Assembly (NCBI RefSeq): GCF_000829235.1 | Contig: NZ_AP012549.1 | Coordinates: 1,890,001 to 1,922,000, forward strand | Direction of reading: 5' to 3' | Length of the DNA: 32,000 nt | From: a cyanobacterium endosymbiont of Epithemia turgida isolate EtSB Lake Yunoko | GTDB taxonomy: Bacteria > Cyanobacteriota > Cyanobacteriia > Cyanobacteriales > Microcystaceae | Shown here: positions 1-9,438 of the stretch, piece after piece | Layout of the letters: the number at the start of each line of letters is the position of its first letter | Position numbering within the stretch: the stretch's first letter is position 1 | Program-made: the position numbers and the translations under genes | The notes under the pieces: generated by a model | What the model was told of the DNA's origin: nothing | The model's database searches: none | What the model saw: the letters and a program-made list of their open reading frames with translations, nothing else

Positions 1-1726
1 CCAAATCAAACAAACGTTCTAGATAAGGAGAAATTCCTAAAGCCATGACACTCCAAAGAAACCCAGATAGACCATAAACAATTGCTCCTGGCAACACTGC
101 TGACCAAATTGTCCCCTCCACCGGTGCGATAATTAGGTAAATGAGAAAGTAAAGGCCTCCTTCAACAATGCCAACCCCTCCTCCTAGACGGGCTAATTCA
201 TCTCGTGAACGGAGTCTTCCAGCCATCACCCCTGCCAATAAGCCTCCTGCAGTTCCTGCTAAAACGTAACTCCAATTCACTGTTCCTGCAGTAAATGTCG
301 ATAAACCACTTAATAATAAAACTTGAGTAACTGCTAAGGTAGGGCCATAGAAACTACTTGTTAGTAATCCGATAGCCTGTAGATTAGTATAACCAAGATT
401 AAAAATTGCCAGAAAGGGGGTACTTAAGCTTAATAAACAGAGTAAAAAATGATCTCGGCGACGCATTGGACGATGAACATTCCGAGTCACCATACAAAAA
501 ACTGTTACTCCCCCTGCTACTAGAATCACAGAAATTCCTAATCCTAACCAATTGATGCCCCGGCGACTTAACCCAAAGCTGTCGAGTAAGATAAAATCTG
601 CTTGGCTGATCGTTTCATTGGCTTTGACAATGACATCTCCCTCTTGAACTTCAACAATTACCGGTTCTACGGCTTGAGCCGCTTGTTCAGCTTGTCTCTT
701 AGTTTCTTCCCTATCTACCGTTAAATTATGTCGATTTTGAAATACAGACATGAGCAGTTTTTGCCCCATTATCTTGCTAGACAAAGATATTGACGGATCA
801 AATTGTATTTTGAGAATATCTTGTAAAAGATTATTGGGCATTCCGGCCGGAATGCCTTGAATCAAAATTTTTTCAGTGGTGTTGAGTAGTGCTTTTTGAG
901 TATTTTTCCAAGTAGATTCATCTAAATTGAGAAAGCCAACAGCTATTTCTAGTGATAGGTAAGGACTTCTAACGCCAGCTAAAATTGATTTAGCCTTACT
1001 ATACCGTTGACGAGCTTGGCTCATCTTTTCTAAAAAGGTTTGGAATTCTGTTCCTGTAGTGGTTTGCCGATAGTCTTTAAGCTCAGTTAAGACTTTTTTA
1101 AAATCGGGAGATAATTCGGATATTTTCTCAGAGAAGTTGTCAATATTATTAGGAATTAACTGGGACTTAGCCACATTTAAAACTTTTTGCCAGTCTTGTT
1201 CAGAAAAAGATCGTAAATTTTGTTGGGTGGGCAAGGGAAGCTGTTGAATACTAGCTACAGGAAAAGGATTACTTATGTTTCGTAATTGTTGCATACTGAC
1301 TAGCGCTTCTTTCACAGTCAATTCTAGCTGACTGGTTAATTTAACATCCCGTTGTAATACAGGAATGATCCCGGTTCGAACTTCTTTTCGTTTTTTCTCA
1401 GTAGTTTTGATATCTTCAAAAGTTCCGTCCTCAGGAGCAATAATGGTTACTGGAGAAACAGTTCCCACAGCTAGTTTTGGTTGATTGTAGAAACGATAAC
1501 TAATTACACTAGTCAAGGATATAATCGCTAAACCCCACATCATGGGTGGGTGAATTTTTCTCAAGGATGATGAGCTATGCAATTTTTGAAAAAAATTAGG
1601 AGCATGCTTTGACTGGGACTTGTGGGGCATAGGTGAAGCATCAATATTCCTCAAAAGCGAAAAACTAAAATTTCGGTAGTTTTTACGCCATTTATCTAGG
1701 CTTTGGGTTAAATGAAGCTTTTTCAT
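1..1726 (-). CDS. 7TM-receptor/HD-type membrane phosphohydrolase (PgpH/YqfF-like architecture), N-terminal 575 codons; 3' end lies outside the window
   Basis: This ORF is absent from the supplied track because it has no stop inside the window. My hand translation of the minus strand from ATG 1726-1724 stays open to base 1: MKKLHLTQSLDKWRKNYRNF...PMMWGLAIISLTSVISYRFYNQPKLAVGTVSPVTIIAPEDGTFEDIKTTEKKRKEVRTGIIPVL... A block of hydrophobic helices follows (INWLGLGISVILVAGGVTVFCMV, HFLLCLLSLSTPFLAIF, GPTLAVTQVLLLSGLSTF, YVLAGTAGGLLAGVMAG, GGLYFLIYLIIAP, AVLPGAIVYGLSGFLWSVMALGISPYLERLFDL). A signal anchor, a large extracytoplasmic domain and a multi-TM block match the 7TMR-HD family. The HD domain would lie beyond base 1, so the family call rests on architecture only. 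Confidence 0.75.
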   Translation of the reverse strand, partial: MKKLHLTQSLDKWRKNYRNFSFSLLRNIDASPMPHKSQSKHAPNFFQKLHSSSSLRKIHPPMMWGLAIISLTSVISYRFYNQPKLAVGTVSPVTIIAPEDGTFEDIKTTEKKRKEVRTGIIPVLQRDVKLTSQLELTVKEALVSMQQLRNISNPFPVASIQQLPLPTQQNLRSFSEQDWQKVLNVAKSQLIPNNIDNFSEKISELSPDFKKVLTELKDYRQTTTGTEFQTFLEKMSQARQRYSKAKSILAGVRSPYLSLEIAVGFLNLDESTWKNTQKALLNTTEKILIQGIPAGMPNNLLQDILKIQFDPSISLSSKIMGQKLLMSVFQNRHNLTVDREETKRQAEQAAQAVEPVIVEVQEGDVIVKANETISQADFILLDSFGLSRRGINWLGLGISVILVAGGVTVFCMVTRNVHRPMRRRDHFLLCLLSLSTPFLAIFNLGYTNLQAIGLLTSSFYGPTLAVTQVLLLSGLSTFTAGTVNWSYVLAGTAGGLLAGVMAGRLRSRDELARLGGGVGIVEGGLYFLIYLIIAPVEGTIWSAVLPGAIVYGLSGFLWSVMALGISPYLERLFDL

Positions 1727-2380
1727 CGTATGTGAGGTCGCTGAAAAGATATTAGGAGCGTAATAGAGAGCCCTAAGAAATACGCCACTAAATTAAACTA
1801 GGGTAGATCTACCTTGAAATTCGGCAATGATAAAACAATCTCAATTGAATCACCGACGTCTTTAACTACTTTACTGTTTCTCTCTGGAAATGGATTTGCT
1901 TTTAGGTATTATGACTCTTCTAGAATAGCTGTAAAAAAATTACACATAAACAAAAGATAAAGGTCTCACTTCGCAAGGCTTCCAAGATTACAAAAACTTT
2001 ATTTTTATATAGATTGGGTTTTTGGAGTTTATAGAATATAATTGGGTTAAGATTTTTGGAAGTTGTTAGCTACTAGTTTATTATAGTCTTCTTTAGAAGA
2101 GCCAATATTCTTTTTGGGAAATGAATTTCACAGAATAGGTGTTTGTGCCTGACCCAAGGCGGGTTAATGACACTAATGTTAAAGTTGAGCTAAACTTTAC
2201 TTCGAGAGTTGCTCCCGGTCCACATTGCCCATGGGCTAGGAATGATGTGGTTAATTAGAAGAATAGCGAGATAACTATTGGATGCTCCGGCTAATGTTCT
2301 TAGTAAGGCGATAACAACCTGAGATTAAGTTTGAGTGGCTTTAAGAACCTCAACTTAAAAATCTTTTGGTGTAACTGTAA

Positions 2381-2452
2381 AACAATTAATTGTTAAGGGT
2401 AAAGCTGATTGTTCTAGAAGAATTGTTTGATGAAAATAGTCAATTAATTGAC
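2381..2452. promoter_or_regulatory. Cluster of perfect palindromes: two 14-bp sites sharing a CAATTAATTG core, with TTCTAGAA between them (candidate operator pair)
   Basis: AACAATTAATTGTT (2381-2394) and GTCAATTAATTGAC (2439-2452) are each their own reverse complement. TTCTAGAA lies at 2412-2419. Copies matching 9/10 of the core occur at 2594-2603 and 2757-2766. No intact gene is adjacent, so any function is inferred. Confidence 0.35.
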
Positions 2453-2759
2453 GTCTTAGGGGAGTTCTCAGTTACAAAAAAAACTCTACTTATTTTAAGG
2501 AGTCTCTCAAACGAGAATTAGCTTGATTGTGATAATAGGTTAGTTGTTGAGAAAGTATACTCTTAATCTCGAGGTTTTATGTCGAAATAAGGGCAATTAA
2601 TTCTACAAAAACCTCATTTTTTGTAGTGTCTCTGGAGATAGTTGCCATTTGACAACTAAGCTATGTAATTGCTTCCCTAATAGACTAGGAGCGTCATAGA
2701 AAAAGACCATCAAGGGTAACTTACCCAATACGAGTTACCCTGTGTTAGGTGACTTACAA

Positions 2760-2963
2760 TTAATTATTGGTCAAAAAAGTTTGCTTACCGGTAATTGCTG
2801 ACCAATCTTCAGATGATATCCTTCCCTTTTGGGTCAACCGCTTTGTTATCGCTTGACTTTGAAAAAGCCGCCAAGGATGTCATGGGGAAGGATGGCTAAT
2901 ATTTATCCCAATCAAACTCTCCATAAAGGTCCCTTCAAAACGATTTAAGAGTGAGTAACGCAT
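2760..2963 (-). pseudogene. 67-codon frame with one in-frame TGA; product unknown (possible gene relic)
   Basis: The frame runs from minus-strand ATG at 2963 to TAA at 2762-2760, interrupted only by TGA at 2882-2880: MRYSLLNRFEGTFMESLIGINISHPSP*HPWRLFQSQAITKRLTQKGRISSEDWSAITGKQTFLTNN. A GC-rich 7-bp inverted repeat GGGTAAC/GTTACCC (2714-2720/2734-2740) lies just downstream on the same strand. Confidence 0.3.
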
Positions 2964-3346
2964 TTTCGATAATTGATCAATAAACTCTAAATATTTAATT
3001 AATTACACTATTTGAGTATATTGAATAATAAATTTATCCTAGGTTAGACTATTAATATAAATTTTTTTAGAACTTCCTAAAGCGTGATTTGAATAGCTAA
3101 CGTGGTAACGAAAGGATTAAAGTGTAGGTGTAGATAAAGATGAGGTGTGGGGTATAAGGTATAGTGGCAATATTCCCAACTTCAAAAAATTAAATTGAGA
3201 GCAGAGACAGCTATTAATAAGTGGAAGTCTAAATCGTGAGGTTTACAAATCACCGTATTTACGGCAGGTGAGGATATAAAACTAGACGTAAGTAAGACCC
3301 AAGAACATCACTTTAGATCGATACATTGGGTCTATTGGTTCTATAC

Positions 3347-3646
3347 TTAGTAAAAGTCAGTCGTTTTTTCGGGATTAACGACTTGTTCTTTAAACACTTT
3401 CCCCGCAGAGAAAGCAGGAACGGTGGTGGCAGGAATGGTGATAGATTGTCCAGTTTGAGGATTCATCCCTTTGCGTTCTTTGCGATCTCTTGGTTCAAAA
3501 GTTCCAAACCCAACTAAGACAACTTTATCTCCTGAAGCGACCGTTTCCATGATGGTTTCTGTGAGCGCATCCAGAATATGACTCGTATCTTTTTTGGTCA
3601 TGCGAGTCTTGGCAGCGATCATGTTGACTAGATCTTCTTTATTCAT
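3347..3646 (-). CDS. hup: DNA-binding protein HU
   Basis: This 99-aa ORF carries the HU/IHF-fold pattern: MNKEDLV..IA.....KKD....LDA....I...V..G..V.LVGFGTFE.R.R.ER.G.NPQTG..I.IPA...P.F.AGK.FKE.V. The stop is TAA. Confidence 0.93.
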   Translation of the reverse strand: MNKEDLVNMIAAKTRMTKKDTSHILDALTETIMETVASGDKVVLVGFGTFEPRDRKERKGMNPQTGQSITIPATTVPAFSAGKVFKEQVVNPEKTTDFY

Positions 3647-3854
3647 CGTTACTTTATTGACAATTCTGACTGAGGCTGATTATAACTGAATAATTGCTCT
3701 GAGATCACAATATAAAGGATAAAAACAACGTTTTTTTCTTTCCCTACTTGCCTCGGTTTATGGTTTATTTATAGCTCTTTATCTGATTAAACTTTCTAGG
3801 GAGATGTTTGGACTTGACTGTCATAAATCATGATTTTTATCAAAAGTTTAGACT

Positions 3855-5501
3855 TTAACTCGGTTGAATACCTACTCCTATAGGAGCAATAGTAGTCAAT
3901 CCTAATTCTGGCTTATTCTCTTCGACTTGTTGTAAATTCCACTCGTTTTTAAAAAGTAATACGGGACGACTCCAATTATCTTTGACAACAATAATATTAA
4001 AAATCCTTCCGGCTTTTTCTAGGGCTTTCCATCCTCCACTTACCCAACGGGCTACACTATACGAAAGAGGTTCTAATTGAGTTTCTACCCCATATTCACT
4101 GAGCATCCGAAACTGGACAACTTCAAACTGCAATTGTCCTACGGCAGCTAAGATCGGATCTCGTTTGAAGTCATCGGTGGAATACATAATTTGGATGGCC
4201 CCTTCTTCTCGTAATTCTTGAATACCTTTTTGAAATTGCTTAAATTTAGAGGGGTTGGGATTTTTGAGATACGCAAATATTTCGGGAGAAAAACAAGGTA
4301 TTCCTTCATATTCTATTTTTTTGCCATTATAAATTGTGTCCCCAATAGCAAACACTCCTGGATTATTCAACCCAATAACATCTCCACTATAAGCTTCTTC
4401 GATGGAAGATCGATCTTGTGCAAATAATTTCTGAGGACGGGACAGACGCACGGTTTTTCCCGTCCTAGCATGGCTTACGATCATATCTTTCTGAAACTTT
4501 CCTGTACAGACTCGTACAAAAGCCACACGATCACGGTGTTTTGGGTCCAAATTAGCTTGTAATTTAAATACGAATCCACTAAATTCAGGATAAGTAGGCT
4601 CTACCACTCCTATAGAAGAATTCCGTCCCTCAGGTTTTAGGGCGTATTCTAGGAACGTTTCAAGAAATAATTGCACTCCAAAGTTAGTCATAGCCGATCC
4701 AAAAAATACAGGAGTCATTTGGCCGGAGTGGAGTGTTTCCAAGTCGAAATCGGTTCCTAATTCTTCGAGAATTTCTAATTCTTCTTTGAGCTGATAATAA
4801 AGCTCCTGGTCAAGATATTCTTGAATTTTAGGGTCACTAAGCTTAATGGCGGTTGCCTGAGCACGTTGGCTACCGTGCGCGCGACGTTGAAACAGGTGTA
4901 TAGTTTGTTGACGACGGTCAAAGATCCCTCGGAAGCGATCACCTGTTCCAATCGGCCAGTTCACGGCATAGGTTTGCAGTCCTAATTCCTGTTCAATCTC
5001 ATCGAGCAATTCCAGTGGATCTTTTGTGGGGCGATCAAGTTTATTGATAAAAGTGAAAATAGGAAGTCCACGCAAGCGACAGACTTTAAATAGTTTACGG
5101 GTTTGGGGTTCTAACCCTTTTGCTGCGTCAATCAACATGACAGCATTATCAGCTGCCGCTAGGGTACGATAGGTATCTTCACTAAAATCTTGATGACCTG
5201 GAGTATCTAGTAGATTAATCTGAAAGTCTCCATACTCAAATTGTAAGACGGTAGAGGTAATTGAAATTCCTCTCTGTTTTTCCATTTCCATCCAATCAGA
5301 AGTAGCTTTACGTTGGTCTCGTCTAGCTTTGACTGCTCCTGCTTGGTGAATTGCTCCTCCGTACAGTAGAAGTTTTTCGGTTAAGGTAGTTTTGCCTGCA
5401 TCAGGGTGGGAAATAATAGCAAAGTTACGTCGTTTTTCTACGGCTTTTTGGATTTCTTTCTGAATTTCTTTCTGAATTTCTTTCTGAATTTCGCTGGACA
5501 T
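3855..5501 (-). CDS. prfC: Peptide chain release factor 3 (RF3)
   Basis: The ORF is 548 aa. Translational GTPase motifs are present: [12 protein letters not shown] (G1), DTPGHQDF (G3) and NKLD (G4). RF3-type length and C-terminal domains. The N-terminus carries the (EIQK)x4 repeat described in the next feature. Confidence 0.95.
   Translation of the reverse strand: MSSEIQKEIQKEIQKEIQKAVEKRRNFAIISHPDAGKTTLTEKLLLYGGAIHQAGAVKARRDQRKATSDWMEMEKQRGISITSTVLQFEYGDFQINLLDTPGHQDFSEDTYRTLAAADNAVMLIDAAKGLEPQTRKLFKVCRLRGLPIFTFINKLDRPTKDPLELLDEIEQELGLQTYAVNWPIGTGDRFRGIFDRRQQTIHLFQRRAHGSQRAQATAIKLSDPKIQEYLDQELYYQLKEELEILEELGTDFDLETLHSGQMTPVFFGSAMTNFGVQLFLETFLEYALKPEGRNSSIGVVEPTYPEFSGFVFKLQANLDPKHRDRVAFVRVCTGKFQKDMIVSHARTGKTVRLSRPQKLFAQDRSSIEEAYSGDVIGLNNPGVFAIGDTIYNGKKIEYEGIPCFSPEIFAYLKNPNPSKFKQFQKGIQELREEGAIQIMYSTDDFKRDPILAAVGQLQFEVVQFRMLSEYGVETQLEPLSYSVARWVSGGWKALEKAGRIFNIIVVKDNWSRPVLLFKNEWNLQQVEENKPELGLTTIAPIGVGIQPS
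5448..5495 (-). repeat. In-frame 12-bp tandem repeat (4 units) at the 5' end of prfC, encoding [16 protein letters not shown]
   Basis: The plus-strand units are ttggatttcttt / ctgaatttcttt / ctgaatttcttt / ctgaatttcgct (5448-5495). The middle two are identical and the outer two are variants. The minus-strand reading is ...agc gaa att cag aaa gaa att cag aaa gaa att cag aaa gaa atc caa aaa... Confidence 0.9.
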
Positions 5502-6969
5502 TCTTTTAAAATATGTTTATATCTGTTAATTCTTTATCTTTAGGGAGTGGAAATTAATTCTTACGAATAATCATTATACAACATGTAAATCTAGTTAAAG
5601 TTGGGAAAAAGTTAATTTAAAAAGATTAGTGACGAAATTTGGTCTCAAGGAATTCAAATAGTGCTTGCTACTACTAGTACTTTTTAAAAAAATTTTATTG
5701 GTTACGAATAAATCTTGAGATATTTTTCTTTAAAATAATGCCTGTAAAATTTATTATTATGCACAAATAATAAGCATATTATGTCTATAGATGACAAGCT
5801 TATTTGCAAATTTTTTTTGAAAAGAATAAGTATATACTTAAATAAAATAAGTTTAAAAATTATTAAAATAATAAATTTTTAAATTTGTTAAACTTACTTT
5901 TTACTAAAAAATACTAATAAATAAATACAAATTTAGATTTATTCAGGAAATTATTTGAATTTTTTGTTAATTTTATTAACTTTTTTTCACATCTTTAAAA
6001 GAGTTAATAAATATACTTAATATATTTTTTATTTACTCCTTAAATAATTACATAATTACTACATGCCTTATTTAAATAATATAGTAATTATGTATTATGA
6101 AATTATTAACAATTAATTTAATTTATTTTTTAAAAAAATTTTTGTTGAGTATAAGTTAATTTTAAAGTGTTTTTATTGATTTATTTTGCTTGTTAATCAG
6201 GTAATAAAGTATTTTAAAATTATTTAAGAGGATATGTTTACAATAATCTAGTATTAGATTAACTATATTTTTTTGTTAAAAATTACTCTATTCCAGAGTA
6301 ATTGGACTTATAAAATAACCAATAAACTGCTACTCTTATATTCATATTTGAATCACCCTGTATACAAAGATAAAAATTATAAACTGTTAGTTTTTTTGAA
6401 AACCCTAACAGTTTACCCCAAAAGTATTTTTTTTTTGATGTTACTAAAGCTTAAAATATCGTAAAAAATTGCGTCATTGTCTTTGTAATTATAAAAATTT
6501 TTCTGAAATTAAATTTAGATAATTACAACCGGAAGAAAAATTTATATCTAACTGATGAAGGTCAACATAAAATACAATATTTTGCCGCTTTTATAGAATA
6601 AAATTATTTTATTGTCTCGAGCAACAATACTTTTTTATAGCTGTGTTCCAAAATTTCAAAGCAGGACTGTTAACTTTATTTATTATGCTACTGTTACAGC
6701 TGCTCTACAAGCAATATAAAAAACTTTAATTTGGTTTAATTTAATTTCTCTAAATTAGAAGCTAAGTTTTTGTGAAAAGCATAGGTTTTGACTTAGCAAA
6801 CTTATTTTTTAAAGAGTGCGGTGAGCAGTGCCTACTTTGTTCTTTTGATTTTTCTGCTTCCTTGATGAGACTTGTCTTGATTTTTTATTAAATTATCACC
6901 ATCTATATTGAGTCATTAAAGTTTAGGAATAACTACTAGACATTGAGGTCAAAATATGTGAAGTTTTAC

Positions 6970-7066
6970 AGAGGTCTTTGACTTCTAGAAAAAGCTCTCT
7001 AGAATATCTCCCGTTAACCGTTACCGATTCCGTTAAACCGTATGAGGAGTTTAACGAAAGACCTCT
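6970..7066 (+). promoter_or_regulatory. Nested inverted-repeat element with CCGTTA repeats upstream of dnaK (candidate structured leader or operator cluster)
   Basis: Stem A pairs 6970-6979 AGAGGTCTTT with 7057-7066 AAAGACCTCT (10 bp). It encloses hairpin B (6983-6989 TTCTAGA / 6998-7004 TCTAGAA) and hairpin C (7031-7038 CGTTAAAC / 7049-7056 GTTTAACG). CCGTTA occurs at 7011, 7018 and 7030, with variants CCGATT at 7024 and CCGTAT at 7038. The region has normal GC content and is flanked by AT-rich DNA. Confidence 0.45.
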
Positions 7067-7106
7067 CACAACATTGAGATAGAATATTGTCAGTGAGACA
7101 CGGTGT

Positions 7107-7133
7107 CCGGTGGCACGCTTTCAGCGTGCGCGG
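7107..7133 (+). promoter_or_regulatory. GC-rich hairpin in the presumed dnaK 5' region
   Basis: CCG-[GTG]-GCACGC-TTTCA-GCGTGC-[G]-CGG forms a 6-bp GC stem plus a 3-bp extension, about 60 nt upstream of the dnaK ATG. It does not overlap the GAGG Shine-Dalgarno at 7188-7191. Its role is unknown. Confidence 0.35.
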
Positions 7134-7194
7134 TAAACTCTCGAAGAAACAAAGACTCAAGACTTAATTGGAGTAGCTGGAGAAAAACAGAGGC

Positions 7195-9357
7195 ATGGGA
7201 AAAGTAGTCGGCATTGACCTGGGGACAACTAACTCTGTGGTAGCCGTCATGGAAGGCGGAAAGCCAGTAGTGATAGCCAGTTCAGAAGGGATGCGGACAA
7301 CCCCTTCAGTAGTGGGTTTTAATAAAGATGGAGAATTGGTCGTTGGGCAATTGGCTAGAAGACAGGCTGTTCTCAATCCTCAAAACACCTTTTTTGGGGT
7401 AAAGCGGTTTATGGGTTGTCGATATGGCGAGCTCAAACCTGAATCGAAACAAGTTCCCTATACCATTCGTCGAGATGACGACGATAATATCAAAATTCGT
7501 TGTCCTCGCCTCAGAAAAGAATTTGCCCCCGAAGAAATCTCTGCGATGATTCTACGGAAATTAGCAGAGGAAGCTGAACGTTATTTAGGAGAACTGGTCA
7601 CAGGAGCAGTAATTACCGTTCCTGCATATTTTAATGACTCTCAACGTCAAGCGACTAAAAATGCTGGGCGCATTGCTGGGCTAGAAGTTCACCGTATCCT
7701 TAATGAACCGACAGCGGCTTCTTTAGCCTACGGGTTAGATAAACAGCGCTCGCAAAAAATCTTAGTCTTTGACTTAGGAGGAGGAACCTTTGACGTCTCT
7801 ATACTCGAAGTGGGGGATGGAGTCCTCGAAGTTAGAGCAACTAGTGGGGATACCCAATTAGGAGGCAATGACTTTGATAAACGTATTGTCGACTGGTTGT
7901 CCGAGAAATTTGTTGAACAAGAAGGGGTAGACCTCTGCAAGGATAGACAGGCATTGCAACGCCTAACAGAAGCCGCAGAAAAGGCCAAAATTGAACTGTC
8001 AGGGGTTAGTACAACCGACATTAATCTACCTTTTATCACCGCCACTGAAGATGGTCCTAAACATATCGAAACCCGTTTGACTCGCTCTGAGTTTGAAGAT
8101 CTTTGTGGAGACCTAGTAAGTCGCCTCCGTCGTCCTATTAAACGTGCCCTCAATGATGCACAGTTGACCCCTGTTCAAATCGATGAGGTGGTATTAGTTG
8201 GGGGGGCAACTCGAATGCCCATGATCAAGGGGTTGGTACGAAGTTTTATTGATAAAGAACCTAACGAAAATGTTAACCCCGATGAAGTAGTGGCAGTAGG
8301 AGCAGCGATTCAATCAGGCATTTTGGAGGGGCAAGTTAAGAACATCTTGCTACTTGATGTGACTCCTCTATCTTTAGGGTTAGAAACCATCGGCGGTGTT
8401 GCTAAAAAATTAATTCCTCGTAACACTACAATTCCGGTCAGACGTTCGGATACCTTTTCTACTGGAGAAAATAATCAGACCATGGTGGAAATCCATGTGG
8501 TTCAAGGAGAACGGGAAATGGCTAAGGACAATAAATCTTTGGGAAGGTTTAAATTAAGCGGGATTCCGCCAGCCGCTAGAGGAATTCCGCAAATTCAAGT
8601 GGCATTTGATATTGATGCTAATGGAATTTTACAGGTGATGGCCCGTGATCGCACTACCGGACGGGAGCAAACCATTACCGTTCAAGGAACTTCCACCCTA
8701 AATGATGCAGAAGTTAATAGGATGATTCAAGAAGCAGCCCAATTTGCTGAAGGCGATCGCCAACGACGGGAACGAGTGGAAAAACGCAACCGTGCTAAAG
8801 CCTTAACCGATCAAGCATTACGGCGACTCAAGGAAGTTACTCTTGATTTTGGGACTCAATTTACCAATCTCTATCGCCGTCAAATCGAGTCTTTAAATGC
8901 TGAAATTATTGATAGTCTTGATAAAGACGATGAACGCCGTCTTGATCGCGCCCAAGCTGATCTGCAAGATGTCCTTTACGAACTTAACCGAGAAGTTCGT
9001 CTACAATATGACGAGGAAGATGAGGGCTTTTTTAACTCCATTCGTAAGACATTGACGGGAAAACCTGAAGATGATCTACCCTATACTCCCCGTCGTCGAA
9101 CCACCTATCGAGACGATTATGGTTCTTCCCGTTATGATGAGCCTCAAGACTATCGAGCACCCCGCTACGATAGTCTTGACGATTATGAAAATGGGGGGGC
9201 AAATCGTTCCTATCGTTCTTCATCGAGTCGTAAGCCATCCCCGTCAGATAAACGATATCCTGAAACTGAGTCCGAAAGATACTATGCCCGCCGCGATAAG
9301 TCTCGTCTTATTCCTGCTGAGAATGATTGGGATGAAAAGGACGATGATTGGTTCTAA
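7195..9357 (+). CDS. dnaK: Hsp70 chaperone DnaK with a long acidic/Arg/Tyr/Ser-rich C-terminal extension (DnaK3-type)
   Basis: The ORF is 720 aa. Hsp70 signatures are present: [26 protein letters not shown]. The last ~120 residues are low-complexity ([31 protein letters not shown]...[10 protein letters not shown]). A dnaJ-like gene follows 81 nt downstream. Confidence 0.95.
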   Translation: MGKVVGIDLGTTNSVVAVMEGGKPVVIASSEGMRTTPSVVGFNKDGELVVGQLARRQAVLNPQNTFFGVKRFMGCRYGELKPESKQVPYTIRRDDDDNIKIRCPRLRKEFAPEEISAMILRKLAEEAERYLGELVTGAVITVPAYFNDSQRQATKNAGRIAGLEVHRILNEPTAASLAYGLDKQRSQKILVFDLGGGTFDVSILEVGDGVLEVRATSGDTQLGGNDFDKRIVDWLSEKFVEQEGVDLCKDRQALQRLTEAAEKAKIELSGVSTTDINLPFITATEDGPKHIETRLTRSEFEDLCGDLVSRLRRPIKRALNDAQLTPVQIDEVVLVGGATRMPMIKGLVRSFIDKEPNENVNPDEVVAVGAAIQSGILEGQVKNILLLDVTPLSLGLETIGGVAKKLIPRNTTIPVRRSDTFSTGENNQTMVEIHVVQGEREMAKDNKSLGRFKLSGIPPAARGIPQIQVAFDIDANGILQVMARDRTTGREQTITVQGTSTLNDAEVNRMIQEAAQFAEGDRQRRERVEKRNRAKALTDQALRRLKEVTLDFGTQFTNLYRRQIESLNAEIIDSLDKDDERRLDRAQADLQDVLYELNREVRLQYDEEDEGFFNSIRKTLTGKPEDDLPYTPRRRTTYRDDYGSSRYDEPQDYRAPRYDSLDDYENGGANRSYRSSSSRKPSPSDKRYPETESERYYARRDKSRLIPAENDWDEKDDDWF
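8753..8760. repeat. HIP1 octamer GCGATCGC (second copy at 25214-25221)
   Basis: Both are exact matches. HIP1 is a highly iterated palindrome characteristic of many cyanobacterial genomes. Two copies in an AT-rich 32-kb window exceed my rough composition-based expectation of well under one. Confidence 0.8.
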
Positions 9358-9438
9358 ATTGGTCTATAAGTTATTCGCTACTGAGTTTTTTTGAACCTAA
9401 CTGTTTAATGTCTACCGTATTTATTGATAACTGATTAT

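Noticed and set aside
3295-3337. AGACCCA...TGGGTCT inverted repeat just downstream of the HU gene as its terminator.
   Set aside because: The stem is only 7 bp with a 25-nt loop and no T tract on the minus strand. That is too weak to call.
6273-6464. 63-aa ORF in the prfC-dnaK AT tract, and the similar 80-aa ORF at 28888-29130.
   Set aside because: Both lie in very AT-rich DNA and translate to Leu/Ile/Phe/Lys/Asn-dominated strings, which are products of TTT/ATT/AAA-type codons. Neither has an SD or a family resemblance. They are most likely chance open frames.
6900-7194. CIRCE/HrcA operator (TTAGCACTC-N9-GAGTGCTAA) or a clear sigma70 promoter upstream of dnaK.
   Set aside because: No match to CIRCE is present. 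TAGAAT at 7080-7085 could be a -10 element, but I found no convincing -35 at proper spacing, so no promoter is called.
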